A stretch of 64,000 nucleotides of DNA, taken from the NCBI RefSeq assembly GCF_036321535.1, contig NC_087437.1, positions 73,658,001 through 73,722,000 on the forward strand, written 5' to 3'. Shown here piece by piece: positions 61,371-64,000 of this stretch (its first letter is position 1; the number at the start of each line of letters is the position of its first letter). The position numbers were made by a program, and so were the translations under genes. Source of the stretch: Camelus dromedarius (Eukaryota). A model generated the notes under the pieces. It was not told the origin of the DNA and made no database searches. It saw only the letters and a program-made list of their open reading frames with translations.

Positions 61371-62961
61371 TCTCAGAGGCAAACTGATGCCCCATTTTTA
61401 GCAAATGTACAAGATCAAGAAAAGTCCTTCATGCAATAATTTAGTTCTTGGTATTTCCTTATTTTCCCTTTCATTTTACCTAATTTCCTCACTTGTTTAA
61501 TTTAAATTTTATTTTGTCCTATTTAATTGTGTACATTTTTCTAATAATGACACAGAGCATTAAACAAATACATAAATGACCAATGAATGAAAATTTCAGT
61601 ATAGCAGTTTTTTACTCAGAAAGAATAAAACAAAGAAACCTACTAGCAGTGAGGCAGACACTGTCGGTTGCCACACAATATACTCATAACCACACTGATG
61701 CAGGTATTGAGGTTTTGTCCTTTGTGGGTTTTTCAAAGATTTGGCAGTCTCTTTCATGCTGATGTCCTGTTCCCATGAATTCTTGGTATAATGAAAGGAA
61801 ATCTTTTCAAATATATCCAATCTTTTGGATTGTAAAAAGAAGAATGAAAAGAAAAGATATACTACCAAAATTTCTTCTTGGACATATCACAGCTAATTTG
61901 TGTTGCTTCTGCAAAAGACTTTTTTCATTTGCTTCTAAACTGCCTAGTTAACAATCACAAGTGATTATGCTTAGAATTTTGAAGACAGCTGTTTTCTAGG
62001 GAACGTTTTTTACATCAGCTCATTTATATTACAGGCCCAAAAACTGAGGCAGAAAAAGTCGAAGGACTTGACCACACTGGCAGATAATCAGTAGCCATGA
62101 CAGGAAATAGATTTCAGCTTTCTGTCATTGAGGGTAATTTGCCATTACACAATAAAGCCAAATTCAAGCACTCTACACAATTGCTGCTAATGGAAGATAC
62201 ATAATCTCATTTCATACTGGCATTCAGTGGACCATGCACACAGTCCACAAATGGCCACAAGAAGAGATTTGGTTTAAAAGTAAATCTAAAAATAAGTCCA
62301 ATCTGAGCCCTACCTTAGATTTAATCTCAATACAACCCTGACATAATTATAGCATTTTCTGATATTCCTTTTGCAGATACAGAACTGTTTGTCACCCTAT
62401 CAGATTTTTCTTGTTTCTCCATTAATTTTGAGCTAATGACTAAAATATGAAGCTTGTGCCCCAGTCTACTGGGAGAGAATGCAGGGAAAGGCAGCTGCTG
62501 TTATCTGAAGGAGGGATGCAGTGCCCAGGGCAGAGACTAACCAGGTGAGGTTACTTGCATGCATATAGTTTGGAGAGGAGTCAGGAGGGTGCTGTAGGAG
62601 AATCTGGGCCAAGATGCAAAGGATCAAGCGATGGAAAAGAAAAATGAAAAGGGAGAATGGAATGAAGATTGAGAGAATTTAAACAGTGGGATAAAAAGAA
62701 AATTTTTTAAAGTTTAAAAAATTCCATGACTTCCCCCAGATAGAATTACAAAAATGTAATTACAATTCAAAATGCATTCGTATTGTAATTTTGAAGTTAG
62801 GCAAAAGGGAATGTTTAAGAATAACATGAGAGAAATTTTTAAACCATCAGCTTTCCTCTAAATTCCATATGCCATGAGGAACAATCCTCCAACATGAATC
62901 ATGGCTACTCAGTTCTTTGTTTTTAGGCTTTTGGTTTTTGTGCTTGTAGTTTTTAAAGAAG

Positions 62962-64000
62962 ATTTTTTTTTTCTTAGAGCTGTTTTAGGTTTATAGTAAA
63001 ATTGAAAGTGAGGTACAGAAATTTCCCATATACCCCCTGCCCCTACACATGCATAGTCTCCCCCATTTATCACCAACACTGACCAGAATGGTACATTTTT
63101 ACCAAAAATGAACCTACATCATAATAATACATCATATACATCAAATAATATGCAAATATACAAATAATAATAGTACATCATATGCATCAAATAATATACA
63201 TCATAATCAGCCATAGTCCATTGTTTAGAGTTCACTCTTGGTGTTGTAGACTCCATGGGTTTGGACAAATGTACAATGCCATATATCCATTATTAGAATA
63301 TCATACAGAGTACTTTCAGCACTTAAAAATCAGTGCCTTAAAAATTAACCGCCTATTCATCTCTCTGCCTGTTCATCTCTCTTCCCACTCCTACCCTGGC
63401 AACCACTGATCTTTTTTACTATCTCCATGGTTTTGCCTTTCCCAGAATATCATATGGTTGGAATCGTATAGTATATTGCCTCTTGTGATGGGCTTCTTTC
63501 ACTTACTAATTTGCATTTAAGGACTGTCCATGTCTTTTCATGGCTTGATAGCTCATTTCTTCTTAGTGATGAATAATATTCTATTTTCTATATATACCAC
63601 AGTTTACTTACCCATGCACCTACTGAAGGCCATCTTGATTGTTTCCAAGTTCTGGCAGATATGAATAAAGCTACTATAAACATAGATGTGCAGGTTTTTG
63701 TGTAAAAATAAGTTTTGAACTCCTTTGGATAAATACCAAGGAGCACAATTGCTGGATCATATGGTATGAGTATGTTTAGTTGGTGTAAGAAGCTACTAAA
63801 CTGTGTTCTAAATTGGCTGTGTCATTTTATGTTCCTACCAGCAATGAATAATGGTTCTTGTTTCTCCACATCCTCAACAGCATTTAGTGTTGTCAGTGTT
63901 CTGGATTTTAGCCATTCTAATTAGTGTATAGTAGTGTCTCATTGTTATTTTAACTTGAGTTTCCCTGATGACATTTGATGTGGAGCACCTTTTCGTATGC
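62962..64000 (-). mobile_element. L1MC1-like 3' end (runs off window)
   Basis: ttagagctgttttaggttt..ttcccatataccccctgcccc..gttcactcttggtgttgta..cctggcaaccactgatcttt..cctactgaaggccatctt..tttccctgatgacatttgatgtggagca. Confidence 0.88.

Noticed and set aside
1..64000. L1 strand bias as evidence of a plus-strand host gene
   Set aside because: The young copies are all minus, but old L1 fragments occur on both strands; too few to infer transcription direction.
1..64000. Prokaryotic-type systems (CRISPR, operons), tRNA/rRNA, CpG island
   Set aside because: None seen; the sequence is repeat-laden mammalian non-coding DNA.

Overview
AT-rich, CpG-depleted mammalian (eutherian) genomic DNA. I can support no host protein-coding exon, RNA gene or CpG island, so it looks like deep intron or intergenic space. 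Much of it is recognisable transposable-element fossils. The ancient layer includes MIR, L2, L3/CR1, L1M/L1MC/L1MD/L1ME, MLT1/MLT2/LTR16/LTR33 LTRs and hAT elements resembling MER58A, MER53, MER81, MER103C, MER117, MER5A1, MER102 and Charlie1. There are also three younger, related L1 insertions. Their 3' UTR style and the apparent lack of any young SINE point to a camelid-like cetartiodactyl (inference). The clearest structural signal is that all three young L1 copies (8.45 kb, 26.9-28.9 kb, 47.6 kb) are 5'-inverted 'twin-priming' insertions with target-site duplications (TSDs). The largest sits in a three-layer nest (L2 > Charlie1-type DNA transposon > L1). The only ORFs with recognisable protein content are frameshifted L1 ORF2 pieces. 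Several repeat-free blocks rich in homeobox/SOX/FOX/MEIS motifs, plus a few palindromes, are candidate regulatory elements. I found no convincing previously undescribed system. Repeat family names come from recalled consensus similarity, not a database search, and boundaries of old repeats are approximate.
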